Origin: Camelus dromedarius
Lineage: Eukaryota
Direction of reading: 5' to 3'
Length of the DNA: 64,000 nucleotides
Assembly: GCF_036321535.1 (NCBI RefSeq)
Contig: NC_087472.1
Location: forward strand, 96,474,001-96,538,000
Shown: in pieces, positions 12,601 through 26,165 of the stretch
Layout: each line of letters starts with the position of its first letter
Position numbering within the stretch: position 1 is the first letter of the stretch
Program-made: the position numbers and the translations under genes
The notes under the pieces: generated by a model
Told to the model about the DNA's origin: nothing
The model's input: the letters and a program-made list of their open reading frames with translations, nothing else
The model's database searches: none

Positions 12601-13499
12601 TGAGGTCCTACAGTTTAAGGGTTCTGGGAATGACTCTACACTCTTGAAATTTTCCCTAAATCAAGCATTAAAATTTCTGAAATTTCCACCACTCAACACT
12701 GGAAGTGACCACAGTGATCGTCTGGGGCATGATATTAGGGTCTTAATTTTGGCGTCTAGGGATGCGTTCCAGAGAGACCATGAAAACCAGACACAGATTT
12801 TTGTGCAGTTAGTTATGCATTACTAAGGAGAGAGACTTCATTTCTTTCGTTAGAATTTCAAAGACGTTTGCAAACTGAAAAATAGTTCAGAACCATTCAT
12901 TCAATCTTACTTTCCTGAAAGCCAGAAAACAGAGGCCCAGAGAGGTGGTTAACTTCCAAAGGTCACACACAGCTCTTGGCTGGTCTGCAGAATCCTGGTC
13001 TCAGATTCCCAGTCCAAAACTGCCTTTTCAATTTTTTTTAAACACATCTTCCTTTTGCAAAACAATGGATACTGCAATGCTGTGTTTTTCTGAAAGCTGC
13101 TCTCCTGGCAACCTCAACTTTCTGTAACACAGCTGTCCTTGGCAGAGACAGAAGAGGCCCCCAGAGCCACTGAAATTACTGTCAGGGCGTTGCACCATGA
13201 GAAGACCTAAGAGACCATCGAACACACCATACACTTACTCTTTCATTTATTTAACAAAGATTTGTTGAGCTAAATGCTTATCAATGCTATATTTATACAT
13301 AAGTCTGACAAATTTTGTGATCCAGTTTCACAGAAAACAGCAGAACATTAGCTGGAAGAGGCAGAGATACGGACCCAGAATCATGAGACTCTGAGCCATG
13401 GAGCGGACAATAAATGACTTCTCACACCGTTTGTGAACATGGAGTTTGGCAGAGTATGTTAAAGCTCTTCATTTAAAGGGTTAAAATGTATGCCGTACG

Positions 13500-13960
13500 A
13501 TGAAAACCAATGCTCACAGCAGTACCATTCATAAGAGCCAGAAGGTGGAAACACCTCAAATGCCCACCAACAGATAAATGTGATCTATCCATACTATGGA
13601 ATATTATTTGGCTGTAAAAAGGAAGGAAGCAATGGTATATGCCACAAGGTAGATGAACCTTCAAAATATGATGCCAAGGGAAACAAATCAGCCACAAAGG
13701 ACCACATATTGTAAGATTCCATTTATACGAAATACCCAGAATAGATCCATCTACTAAAACAGAAATATTAGTTGTTGCTGAGGGCTGGGAAGGATGGAGG
13801 GGTAGGGGGCTGATAACCAAAGAATATAGGGTTTCTTTCTGAGGTGACTGTAGTGATGGTTTCACGTATCTGTGAATATACTAAAAACCAGTGAACTGTG
13901 TACACCTTGAATGGGTAAATTGAATGCCGTGTGAATTAGATCTCAATAAAGCTGTTATTT
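13500..13960 (+). mobile_element. L1MB-type 3' end
   Basis: tccatactatggaatattatttggctgtaaaaagg...tctcaataaagctgtt. Confidence 0.85.
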
Positions 13961-15199
13961 TTGTGTGTGTGTACAATATATGAATACTTAAAGCTTATGC
14001 TTTAGCCCTGTGGAAAATTAATTTTCCCTTTGGAGTCAAATTCTGAAATATCACTGGTCTTGGAGAAGGGGTAACAAATGAAGTTAATTCACACCAGGTT
14101 CTTAGTGGGGTCTGCTTTTGTTATAAGAAAAGCTACAGCAAAATCTGTGGGAGATCACAGAATGTCAGAGGAAATACCGTTACCTCTGGGAGGGAGGCGA
14201 GAGAACAGGGGAAAAATTTATATTCTTTTATATTTTTATATATTATATATTATATGTATGTATGTGTGTGTATGTGTGTATATATATATATATCTCTCAC
14301 AATGTCCTATAAGAGGATAAACGAGTTTGGGACTCAGTCATCTAGTTACCTAAGCCACCTTCAGGAAGATAATTCTCGAAACAGGGAGGGAGGCTGTGTG
14401 ATAGAAATAAGCTTACTGCGCTTTGAAAGGCTGAGTCTTATTGGAGGAAACTAAGCACTGGTGTCCAGAGAATGGTGTAATTAGTTTCTTGTGTTTAAGG
14501 GTCCAAGGAGCGAAACTGTCTGGTGCAGGGGACCCGGGGGAGGGAAATGCAGCAGACAATGTGAAGGTCTTGAGAGGGTGCGACCCCTCTGATGTCTTTG
14601 GGGACATAGGAGGAGCCCTCTGGTGTCACGGTGATCCTCAAGACTGGAAAAAGGGCAAGAGTTGTGAGTTTCACAAAGCATGAACATCTGGGCCAGCCCG
14701 GGCCCAGCACTTCTGGGGCCCCCGGACACTGGAGAGGACCAATTTGCGTGGCTGATGGGATGGGACACTAAGCACTGTGGCCTATGACAGCCCGGGCCAT
14801 GAACGGAGCGCTCAGCTGACCCAGTCACCAAGGGAGAGCAGCACACTGGCCGGGGAATGAGCAGCACTGGCAGGCGCCATGGAAGACGGATGTAATTGTG
14901 ACACCGGCAGGCAGCACGTCCCACTGCAGCGACACCAGCGCCAGGCAACAGCCAGCCAGCTGGGATTTTCCATTTGGACTGTGTGAGGCCCACAGTGTTC
15001 TCAGACCGCCCAGAGGGCCGTGGGGGAGCCTGAGAAGTTGATGCTGGATTTCCTGTCCACCTGGCACCAGTGGTCCTGAATTAATTGTGGTCTCTCTTAA
15101 TTGCATTTGGAAGCATAGAAGAGATGTGGCACACTTAGACTCTAAAGTTTGTGGAGGAGTTCAGGCTGGTTACAGGGAGAACAGGGAGCCCTGGAAGCT

Positions 15200-15420
15200 G
15201 TGTGGAACTTTGCATTTATGATGTGTTTTCACAAGCATCATCCCCTGTGGTCCTCACAAAAGTTCCAGAAGGTAGTAGTTGACATTATTCTCCCCATTTA
15301 TCAGATGAGAAACTGAGGCTCAGTGAAGCCCAGTGAACTGCCCAATGTCACATAGTTAATCAGCGCAGAAGCTCTGATGTCGGCTATTTTGACCCTTAGT
15401 CCAGTGGGCCTCCTATAATG
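15200..15420 (-). mobile_element. MIR
   Basis: MIR core ccccatttatcagatgagaaactgaggctcag. Confidence 0.8.
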
Positions 15421-16774
15421 CCACGATGCCCCTTGAAAAAAGATACATACAAAAGCCCCCCCCAAAAAAACTGCAAAATTTTCCTTGCTCTGGCCTGGAA
15501 GGAGTGATCATAGTCCAGAGTAACTTCACTTTGGCCCCAGCTGCCTTTCTTGCTTTAGTCTAGGACACTGGCTCAAAGAAAGACTGCCCCCAGGCAACTG
15601 GCCCCTCCACCTGCTCCTGACTGAAGCCGGCCCAGGCCCCCTCATCCCACGCACCCTGACCAATCCTGCCACCTCCACCTGCCACACCCATCACTTCTGA
15701 ACTCACCACGTCACAGGGAAGCGGATGTTACATTTTGCTGGGATGTCTCCAATATGACCGCTATCTTGCACCATTATCTGTGTCGTTGGTGTAGATTCTG
15801 TCTTCCAAACTAGAGCGGAAGTTCATTGAGTCAGGGATCTGGTGTTGCTCGCTTTTGATTATCAGCGGAGTCTAGTGCATAGAAGGGGCCAGTAAACTGC
15901 TTTGAATAAATGCTTATTCCCTCCTCTCAAACACATAGTGGGTACTCAGAAAATATTTAATTGCCTGGTTGGCCAATTTACTATCCACTAGTCAACTCCT
16001 ATGCAAAAAAAAAAAAAAAATCAAGATCCTCAGCATCTCTGCCCACCTTGACTTTCAGCCAGTGATGCACTGATGACACCTTCTCCCTGCAGAGTCATGG
16101 TTAAGAGCAAGGGGCCCCGGGCTGCCGTGGTTCAGTCCTCTCGGTCAGTATTGGCTGGGTGAGCTCAGGCAATTGGGGCTGATGTGGATGACAACAGTTC
16201 TTATCACTTAGAGTTGTTATGGAGATTAAGAGAGTTAATAAGTGCTTAGGACTGTGCCCGGAGCACAGGTATATGCTGGTTAAGTGCAGCCTGTTAAGAT
16301 TACAAGTTGCGGGTTACACCTGCCCTGCCCAAACAGCACACCCTCTCAGTCCAGCATCAATACTGTGCATTTTTCATGCCCCTAAATTGTTGAAATCTTT
16401 GTAGGCTTGAGTGGGGGCCCTTTTAGGGGGCAACTTCACTATCAGCCATTCACTTATCCAATCAATCATTCATATACTGATTTATTCACTTGTTTGTTTA
16501 ACAAATATTTATTTAGCACCAGCTATGTAGTAGACATATAACAAAATGTAACCGCTCTTTTCATCATATACCCTCCAGAATCCCCAAATGGATGTATTTC
16601 CTAATAGTTTACATCCTAGTCATTTGCAGACAATAGACAAGATAAATGAGTAAAGTATGTAGTAACTGTGATACTGATATATGCTAAGAAGAAAAAATAA
16701 AGCAGGGAAGGGGGAACAGAATGTTAGGGGATGGATATTAAAATTCTAGATAAGTTGGCCAAGGAACCCAAATC

Positions 16775-17470
16775 TGTATTAGTCAAGGTTCTCCAGAGAA
16801 ACAGAGCCGACATGATAGAGAAAGAGTGAGAGACAGAGAGAATGTGTAAGAAATTGTCTCACGTGATTTCGGGGGCTGGCAAGTCAAAGGTGCAGGCAGG
16901 CCAGCAGGCTGGAGACCCAGGGAAGAGCTGATGTTGCAGTCTTGAGTCCGAAGTCAGTCTGGAGGCAGAATTCCTTCTTCCGGGGGGGGGGGGGACCTTA
17001 GTCTTTTTCACTTAAGGGCTTCCATTAACTGAATGAGGCCCACCTTGTTGGAGGAGGGCAGGGGGAGCACGTGATCACTGGCTGACTCTCGAGCTAGACT
17101 CGGGCAATCAGAGGCTCCTCTCCCCGTTCACTGTCCTTGGAATGTGTCTTCTGCCCACTGTTCTCACCCTAGGAGCTGGTTTCAAGGGCACAGCCTTGAG
17201 TCAGGTGGGTTGAGACCATCTAGACGATGTTCATGGCTGAACCCCGTTAAGTCCTCTGTATAGACTTTTAAGATCCTGACGGGCAGGTACAGAGAGCTAC
17301 TCGTCTCGTGGTGCCCAACACAAGCCTCGTGGATAAGCTCCCTTGCCACTTAAACCTGCCACCTACCAATCTGAAGTGGCCGTCTCCTTCTTTAGTGTAC
17401 AGGGGCCGGTTTGTGAACCAATGCACCCACATTATGAAGGGTAATCTGCTTTGTTCAAAGCCCACTGAGA
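16775..17470 (-). mobile_element. MLT2 (ERVL) LTR
   Basis: TGTATTAGTCAAGGTTCTCCAGAGAAACAG start; consensus gaggcccacc/cacattatgaagggtaatctgc split by an insertion. Confidence 0.8.
17046..17424. mobile_element. Probable ERV1-type solo LTR inserted in MLT2
   Basis: ~380 bp TG...CA block precisely interrupting the MLT2 consensus; family not identified, TSD not clean. Confidence 0.55.
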
Positions 17471-19660
17471 AGGGGGCTTTTGAGAAAATTTTCAGAAATT
17501 GAAAGAAGGAGCCACGCAATTAAATATCCAGGAAAGAGAAATCAAGGTACAGCAAGAAGCACGTTCAAAGGCCTTGAAGTGGAGGATGGCGGGCGCGCTG
17601 CTGGAGTCGAGTGAACAGGGGAGGAGTACTGGAGCCGGGGTCCGAATCCCAGGCGGCAGAGCGCGTGCGACCTAGGAGGTCTTCACAGGGACTTGGGTGT
17701 TATTCTGGATAAAATGGAGGGAAGGGTGTCAACAAACGAATGACCTGCTCTGACGTCGATTTTCACGAGATGACTGGCTGCTTTATTGAGAATGCAGTTG
17801 GGCAAGAACAGAAGTGAAGAGGGCACTTTGGGAGCCTATTTCAATAATCTGGGTGAGAGATGCTGGTGGCGGGGATCAGTGTGGTAGCAGGAGAAGCAGC
17901 TGAATTCTGGATATAGCTTGAAGATGGAGCAAAGATTTGCTGACAGCCAGGACATGAGTTGTAAGAAGAAAAGAATTTAGGAAGACACTGCGGCTTTTGG
18001 CTTTGAACCAGTAGGTCTGCCATTAACTGAGGTAGTGAAGTTTGCAGGAGTAGCTCGGAGTAGTGTCAGGATATTTGGGACAGATAATGGGGTTGCCTAA
18101 CACATATGGAAGTGGAGATGCCATGCAGGCAGTTGGATGTACAGGTCTGGTGTTTGGGAGTGAGGTCCAGGCTGGAGAGAGAAATTGGAGAGTTATCAAC
18201 GTATAGGTGATGTTTAAGACTCTGAGACATTAACTGAGATCACCCAGAAAGTGAGAGTAGATTCAAAAAGTTCTAAGGATTGAACAACCAGGCACTTCAG
18301 CACTTGGAAGTAGGGAAGATGAGGAGAAACCAGCAAAACGGATGAGAAAGAGAGATTAAAAAAATAAACAAGTTTCTTCTGTATAGCACAGGCAACTATA
18401 TCCAATATCTTGTAGTAACCTATAATGAAAAAGAATATGAAAAGGAATATATATGTGTATATGTATAACTGAAACATTATGCTGTACACTAGAAATTGAC
18501 ACAACAGTGTAAACTATACTTCAATAAATTTTTTTTAATTTTTAGAAGAGTGATCAACAAGAGAAGATTAGAGGTGAGCAGGGTATTGTGGGAGCCAAGG
18601 AGAAAAGTGTTTTGAGAAAGTGACCATCACACTGAAGACTGAGACGTGACCATTGGACTTAGCCATGTGGGGTCACTTCTGACTAGGGCAGTTTTGGTAG
18701 GGAGATGGGGACAAAACCTGACTGGGTGGGCTCATTTGAGGAGAAAAGCAGAGAAATTGGAGACAGTGAACAGAAGCAAGTCTCTTATCTAATACAGAAG
18801 AAATAACAGTACACGTGTATGCTGTTGGGAACGGTCCAGTAAACAGGGGGAAATTGGTGATGCACAAGAGAGAGAAGGATTGCCACAGCCGTGACCTTGA
18901 GAGGGGATGGGATCTAATGCACAGGTGGAGGGACTGCGCTTGGCCAGGCGCATCAAGTCATCCATCTTATTGGAGAGGAAGTAGAGTAGATGGGTCCAGA
19001 TGCAGGGGGGAGGGTAGCTGTGGTGCTGGGAACTTGTGGAATTTCTAATTCTTTCCATGTTCTTAGTAAAGTAGGGAGCAAGGTCAGGCTCAGCCAAGGG
19101 ACTGAAAATAGGGGGAGGAGAGGTTGAAAGTTTGAGGAGAGGGTTTTTTAAAAACACAGTGCTGAATTTTGCTTGCATTTCTGTGAGTTGCAGGGAGAGT
19201 TCTTTAGTCAGTAGTTAGAGCACAAGATACACAAAGCCTGGCATGAGCTAACCCGAAGGCTGAGGTTCAGAGTAAGATCAGTGTTCACAGAAGCGAGGTG
19301 GGGGAAAAGAGGGTACAAAGGACCCCAAGATGCCTGCTGCAGGACAGGAGGTACCCCTCCTGTTCATCAAGTAGCAACCGAGGAGGCCAGCAATCCTCCA
19401 CGTTGGCCAGTGTTGGACCCCAGTGTGAGGTCTTTCGGTGCCTCTGGAAAGCAGCAGATGAAGAGCCTTCCCTCCGTTTTACCCTTTTGCTCCTTTCAAA
19501 GGGAAGACGGGATGTAGAGGGCCCCCCACCCCTGAGTGGCCGCCTACTCCTCTGTGGACACAGGGTGTTCACAGCAGTGAGCTGAACCAGGGGACCGCTA
19601 TGAGAAGAGAGAGGAAGCCGACTGGAACTTTTCTGCACTCCCAGGAGCTCCACGCAAAGG

Positions 19661-19843
19661 CAGCGGTTCTCGAGGGTGGTCCCTGGACTAGCAGAGTCAG
19701 TTTCACCTGGGAAATTGTTAAAAATGCAAATTCTCAGGCCATATATGAGTCCTACTCCATCAAAGCCTCCGAAGGAAGGTCCCAGCCAGCTGGGTTTTAA
19801 CCAGATCATTCTGGTGCAAAATGAAGTTTGAGAAACACCACTG
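19661..19843. mobile_element. MER5A
   Basis: CAGCGGTTCTC...GAGAAACACCACTG termini; cacctgggaaattgttaaaaatgcaaattctcaggcc. Confidence 0.85.
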
Positions 19844-21290
19844 AAAGGCAGCCTGGAAGTTTCTATCTGCTCTTATCCAGTAGTGCCACCTATTGGGCAA
19901 GCTCTTCAGATGCTGGAAGGTTAATATAAACACTGGGGAATTTCCTTTTATTTTTCTAGATTTCAACAACTTTGCAAACCCAAAACAAAAGGCAACCTTC
20001 TTATGACCCTTCACATTATGCAAACATGAATCTTATGTGGCTGTAATGACTATATTGAGACTCCTGTATTTTGTTTTTTTCCATAAAACATTTTGTGCCC
20101 ACTTTCTATGTATTCGCCCAATAGAACATAAAGTCATTCTTTTGATTGTAAAATTCCATTATAAGAAAATTACAGAGTCACAGTGACTACATTTTTCAAA
20201 GTAAACTGGATGCGTGGTGTTATCGAGCACAAACAAACAGATGGAGACAGTGTGGCCTAATATTTGGAATTAATACCACCCTGGGAAATCTTAAAAGTTT
20301 GTTGTACCACAAATTAGCCCATTGTTCCATGGTTTTAGATATATGAGCTAGTTCCAGTTTTCAGTAATTATAGATAATAAAGCAGTAAGTACCTCTGTAC
20401 AGTAAACTGGAGGGGGGTTATTTCTCTGGGATTAAAAGGAATTGCTAAAGTAAAATTTGCAGACCAAAGGTCTGATAATATCACAGAATTATTTAAAGTA
20501 AGTTAACCCAAAAAACTAGAAATAATCCAAATGTGTTAACAAAACAATCGGTAAGTTGTGGTAGGGTCATCACACGTGCTATTCTGTAGCCATCATCAAT
20601 CATGTTCACAAGTTTAAAACAGCCTAATGTCAGGGAATTTTGGCAAGGTTGGGGCTTTCCAACATCTCTGGAACACCTTTCCTGTGTTGGGTCCTGCCGC
20701 CACGGTAGAAGCCAGAAAACTTGCTTTGCCAGCTTCCGTTGCAGATAGGTTTACACATGACCTAGGGTTCATCTTTCAGACATGTCAGAGTAAGACTTTG
20801 ATTCAAAAGTGAGTGATGTGAAGAAGCAGGAAACAGGGAATTCACTTTCTGCTGAGGCTGGTATTGGCTTCAGCATTCGGTGGTGCTGATATCCGGTCCT
20901 CAGCAGCATGGCTGAAAAATTGTGGGTCCGTTTCCAGTGGTCTTCACCTGGTGATGTGGTTTGACCATTACTTCTGGCTGAATAGCCTTTAAGCCCAACA
21001 CACTGACCCTCTCCAAGCTCTGTGAATGATCTAATTTTCTTTAATAAATTCCCTTTCTGCTTGCATGCTTGTTCTAGTACTTTTGCTGTGGAACAAATCA
21101 CCCTAAGACTTAGTGAATTACGTGACTTAAAGTAGGGCTTATCAGTAGCTCACAGCGGAAAAAAAAAATGTGACAATGACTACACATATGTTCATGTATA
21201 ACTGAAAAACTGTGCTCTATTCTGGAATTTGACACAACATTGTAAAATGACTATAACTCAATAAAAAAATGTTTAAAAAAATTTAAAAAA

Positions 21291-21520
21291 TAAAGTAAGG
21301 CTTCTCAACTTCAGCACAATTCACATTTCGTTCAAATAATTCTTTGTGGGGCTGCAGGGGGGCTGTCCTTTGTCTTGTAGGCTGTTTAGCAGCATCCCTG
21401 GTCTCTACCCACTAAACACGAAGAACAGCCCCCTCTTCAACTTGTGACAACCAAAAATGAGGTTTCCAGACATTGCCAGATTCCCTTGGGGGCAAAATCT
21501 TCCCCACTTGAGAACCACTG
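21291..21520. mobile_element. MER20 (hAT-Charlie)
   Basis: tttagcagcatccctggtctctacccacta...ccagacattgcca...ttgagaaccactg. Confidence 0.9.
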
Positions 21521-21775
21521 GTTTAAAACAACAATCAGGTATTGGAGAGTATCTTGACTGGGAGGTTCTGGTTTGGGGTGTCTCATGCAGTTGCAGCCAA
21601 ATGGTGGTTAGAGCTGGGGGCTGGCTGGAATCTTTCTCATGTGGTCTCAGGACCTGTCCACATGGTCTCTTTGTATGGACTAGTTTAGGCTTCTTCACAG
21701 CACGGTGACCTGCTTAGCTGAACTCCTTATGTGGATGCTCAGGGCTCCAAGAGGGTGTCCCAAAAGAACTGGGTA

Positions 21776-22099
21776 CAGGCACACCTTGCAGATATTGGGG
21801 GTTCAGTTTCAGACCACCACAATAAAGTGAATATTGCAAAAAAAGTGAGTCACACAAATTTTTTGGTTTTCTAGGGCATATAAAAGTTATGTTTACACTA
21901 TACTATAGTCTATTGAGTGTGCAATATAGCATTGTGTCTAAAAAATACACATATCTTCATTTAAAAATTCTTTATTGCTGAAAAAATTGCTAACCATCAT
22001 CTGATAATGCAGGGTTGCCACAAACCTTGAATTTGTTTTAAAAAAACCAACATCTGCAAAGCACAATCAAGCAAAGTGCAATAAAAAGAAATTTGCCTG
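21776..22099. mobile_element. Internally deleted Tigger1 (Tc1/mariner MITE)
   Basis: TA-CAGGCA...TGCCTG-TA termini with TA TSD; both Tigger1 ends recognisable. Confidence 0.9.
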
Positions 22100-22279
22100 T
22101 AATGCCTTTTATGACCTACCCTCAGAAGTCACATATTACCACTTGCACCAGAGTCATAGGATGCAAGGGGAGGGGCCACAGACTTCATCTCTGATGGGAA
22201 GAGTGTCACAGCTCCGTTGTAAGATCATGTGGGATGGGAGATGTTGTAGAAACTTTCTTTGGAAAATCTAATCTGTCAC

Positions 22280-23067
22280 AGTCCTCAATATCATTACTCA
22301 TCAGAGAAATGCAAATTAACACCACAATGAGACACCATGGCACACCCACCAGAATGGCTAAAAATAAAAAGACTCATAATACTAGGTATTGGCAAAGATG
22401 TAGAGCACCTGGAAGTCACATCCATTGCTGATGGGAATGTAACTTGGTATAACCAACTTTGAAAAAATTGTTTATATTGACTAAAGCTAAACCTAGGCCA
22501 GTCTATGACCCAACAATCTCTTTCCTGGGTTTGTAACATAAGGAAAAGGAATGCTATGTTCACCAAAGACAGAGATGAGAATGCTCATAGAAGCTTTATT
22601 CAGCAGAATTAAAAACTGGGAAAAAAACCAAACGTCTATCAATAGGAGAATGGATATATAAATTGTGATGTATTCATCCAATAGAATGTTACCCTGCAAT
22701 ATAAAAGGCCAAGCAACGTATATACAACAACAAGGATGAATTTCATGGACATTATGCTCAGCAAAGGAAGTCAGACATGTACACATGGTGTGATTCCAAT
22801 TCTGTGATGTTCAAAAACAGGAAAAGCTAATCAGTGGTAATGGAAACAGGAAATGGTTACCCCTGGTGGGAGGGTGGGATGAATACTGACTGGGAAAAGA
22901 CACAAAGAACTTCTGGAAGGCTGGGGATAATCTATATTTTGATCTGGGTGGTGAGTATAAAAGTGCATACATATGTAAAAGTTAATCGATGTATATAGTG
23001 TATTTGTGCCTTGTATCCATTTTGCCTTTAGGTACTTTATTTCAACCCTCGATAAAAAGTAGAAGTA
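22280..23067 (+). mobile_element. Old L1 ORF2-end and 3'UTR
   Basis: catcagagaaatgcaaattaacaccacaatgagacacc. Confidence 0.8.
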
Positions 23068-24389
23068 AAATTCCTTTTCTGTTTAAAGTAGCTATTGGAT
23101 TCTGTCAATTACAACTAAGACCCTCAAGTAAGAAAGATGGTGGCCCTCACCACCGGAAGGCCAGGGCTCACACTGCAGCCACCATGCTCCTGTGTGGCCA
23201 GCCGCTCTGCAAATTAAACCTGCTGGAAAACCATCCCCACTCAGGACGCACCCAGGAGAATTTTCCTACAGAAGTCCACAACCAAGCACTGTGACCCCAA
23301 AATATTAAAAGCTGAGACACTAAAAAAATGTAGCTGTTGAATATCTCAGTGACTAGCAGACGGCACACAGCTGAAGCGTAAATTAGGAAGCTGAGCCGTT
23401 ACATTGAGAAATTTTCCCAGAACACAGGACAAAGAGAGAAAGGGGTGAAAAGAATAAAGAATTGTCAAGACAGATGGAGGAAAGATTCAGTAGTTACAAG
23501 ATTCCTCTAAAAGTTATTTCTGAAAGGAGATAATCAAAGCAACATTCAAAAGATAAGAATAGTCAAGAAATTCCCAGAATTGAACCCAAACACAAGACCT
23601 TACATTGAGAAAGACCTCTGAGTGCTAATCAGTGTTTGTTTAAAAAAAAAAAAGCATATCTAGACACTGTAGCATATTTTCAGAACAAGAAGGATGAAGA
23701 GTTCCCTAAAAGCTAGCAGAACAAAAAGATCTGAAAAAAATGAGAACAGGATTGACGTGAGATTTCCTGTCAGCAAAATGGATACAAAAATACTGTTAAT
23801 TGCTGAAGTCAAGTGAGAAATGCAGGGGGGTTCATTATACCATTCCCTCTACTTTTCTGTAAAATTATTTTTTATGATAAAAGGCTTCTTCTCTGTTTTT
23901 CCTTTTTTTTTTAATGGATGCAGGAAAATAACATGCATAAGTAATACTTACAAAGTGCTGAGAGAAAATATATTGGAACTTTGAATTCTATATCCATTCA
24001 TATTGTCAAAGAATGAGGGGAAAGTACAGACCATTTTCAGATTACAAGGACTCAAAAACATTATCCTATCAAAAGCTCCACGAGAACTTCAACAAGGAGG
24101 AAAATATGTGCTAAATCTAAATTATTATTGCTTATACAAATTATGGTCTTTCACATCAAACTGTAATGAAAATTCAAGATGGAAGTGGTTGGAGAGGACG
24201 AAAGGAGTGGGGTTTAGGGAAATAAAAGCGTGTAAGGGTGTCATTTTGTCCAGGTTGGTTATACCTTTAGAATAGCGCTTCTCAAACTTTAATCTGTATA
24301 TGATTTATCCAGGGATTTTGTTAAAGAGCCACTTCTGATGCAGCAGCTCTCAGGGAGGCCTGAGATTCTGCATTTAAAACACACTCCAC

Positions 24390-24497
24390 GGTGGGGGCAG
24401 TGGGCTTAGCTCGGTGGTAGAGCACATGCTTAGCCTGCACAAGATCCTGGGTTCAAGCCCTGGTACCTCCAGTGAAAAATAAACAAATAAATAAACA
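24390..24497 (+). mobile_element. tRNA-Ala-derived camelid SINE inserted in a MER5-family element (~24274-24536)
   Basis: Perfect 16-bp TSD TTAAAACACACTCCAC at 24374-24389 and 24498-24513. Confidence 0.9.
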
Positions 24498-24789
24498 TTA
24501 AAACACACTCCACAGAAGGCACTTTGAGCAACAAGGCTTTAGACTACATTGTGGTTAAACATTGTGTTGACTCAGGGCAAATATTTCACAAACTTCCCTC
24601 GCTCTGTTTCAAAAATGTAAACATGGTAGATATAGCGTTTCAAAAAATACTCAGGGACGTGATATTTTAAATTATGGCCCGGAAGGGAAGTGGAAAACCA
24701 CAGCAGTAAGTGCAAGCTTAACACGTGGGCTCCAAGAGGCCAGGAAGGACCCGACCCAGACAGTGAAGTCTCGAATATCTTTTTGGTTT

Positions 24790-25133
24790 TGTTTCGTCTT
24801 GATTTTTTTATTTTCTTTTTTTTCCATTTTATTCAGATATAATTAACATACAGCACTGTGTAAGTTTAAAGTGTACAGCATAATGGCTTGACCTACATAT
24901 ATTGTGAAATGATTACCACAATAAGTTTAGTTAACATCCATCAGCTCATATAGATACAAAAAAAAAAAAAAAGAAGAAAAATGTGTTTTTTCTTGTCATG
25001 AGAACTTTTAGGATCTACTCTCTTACCAACTTTCAAATATCCCACACAGCAATGTCAACTGTGGTCACCATGTGGTACATGACATCCCTAGTACTCATTT
25101 ATTTTATAACTGGAAGTTTGTACCTTTTGACCA
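24790..25133 (-). mobile_element. L1MA-type 3' end
   Basis: Poly-T followed by tgtgaaatgattaccacaataag...ataactggaagtttgtaccttttgacca. Confidence 0.85.
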
Positions 25134-25727
25134 CAAGTCTGGAACTTCAGATCCAACCAAGGAGTAAGGAACCACCACGACCCCCATTCCCAGGAGGGAA
25201 ACTGACGCACGGAGCTCATGGTCCCCCGAGCTGTATGTGAAGGGGAACAAGTCCTACCGACGCACCGGGGAGTGGAGCTAGTAACAAACTGTCTGCGATA
25301 GAGCAAGGAAGCAGAGAGATCTGCACCATCAGTCAGCAGGTATCCATTCTGTGTGTGCTCCAGCTTTGGAACTATGAAATGCCCACAGAGCAAAAGCCCC
25401 GAGCCACTGACTTTTGTCCTTAAGACACTGGGCTGAAGCAATCATAAAAACACTTTCCAGGGACAGTGAGTGGGAGAGAAGAAAAGCCTCCAGGACGATG
25501 AGCATTCCAAAAAAAATAAAATAAAGGCCCCAATGAAACCTAACACCACAAAAGGAAGCCAACATCTACGAGCAGTCATATAAAGGAAAGTAAAAATAAC
25601 AGAACACTTTGGAAAGGATTTGAAAATAAGTGTATTTAAAATCAACAAACAAAAGCAGGTGGCTATGAATCAAGAACACATGGGAATCTTGGAAGTTTAA
25701 AAACAACATACAAATACACTTTAGATG

Positions 25728-26165
25728 GTGTATTAGTCAAGGTCCAGTCAAGAAAAGAAAAACCCCTGAACAGAGGGAACTTAATATAAGGAATTCACTA
25801 CAGAGGTGATGGAGGAACTGAGAGAACAGGAGGGGCTGGTGAGGCATCCCGGAGATTAAAAATAGCAGGAAGCTGCTACCAGCCCGTGTGGCTGAAGGGA
25901 CAACAGAAGGAGGCTGGGTTAGCAGAACCCAGCATCCAGAGCCCTCTCATGGGAAACAGAAGCAGGAGCTGTGGCCACGGAGGGTATGGCCATCTGGCAG
26001 GAAGTAGAGGCAAAGAGGAGACCCAGTATTACAGAGATGCTGCCCAAAGCCGAGACAGAGGGAGAGAAATATGCAAGAGGGGATCATGGGATACGAAGGT
26101 CCTTGCAATACAGATGGAACCGAGCACAGGTGGATGGGGAATGAATCTGAGAACCAAATGACAAA
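25728..26165 (-). mobile_element. ERVL-type solo LTR
   Basis: TGTATTAGTCAAGGTCCAGTCA start and aacagagggaacttaatataaggaa; subfamily uncertain. Confidence 0.55.

Larger units (their letters stand above)
16440..19145 (-). mobile_element. Long L2 remnant split by MLT2, an ERV LTR and an L1 3' end (~18350-18545)
   Basis: cattca...aacaaatatttatt L2 tail reversed; ggcagttggatgtacaggtctgg; gaccattggacttagcca. Confidence 0.75.
21066..22279 (-). mobile_element. MLT1 (F/G/H-like) LTR carrying MER20, L1 tail and Tigger1 derivative
   Basis: aacaaatcaccctaagacttagtg start; ends tttggaaaatctaatctgtcaCA. Confidence 0.7.
20627..23130 (+). mobile_element. LTR33-like ERVL LTR split by a ~2 kb nested insertion
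   Basis: 5' part 20627-21059 and 3' tail 23068-23130; duplicated AAATTCC(C/T)TTTCTG at 21046-21059 and 23068-23081. Confidence 0.6.

Noticed and set aside
14481..14993. 170-aa minus-strand ORF in a GC-richer patch
   Set aside because: Non-ATG start, no recognisable domain, overlapping ORFs on both strands as expected from GC content
19285..19809. 174-aa minus-strand ORF
   Set aside because: Begins inside MER5A, non-ATG start, no domain or splice support
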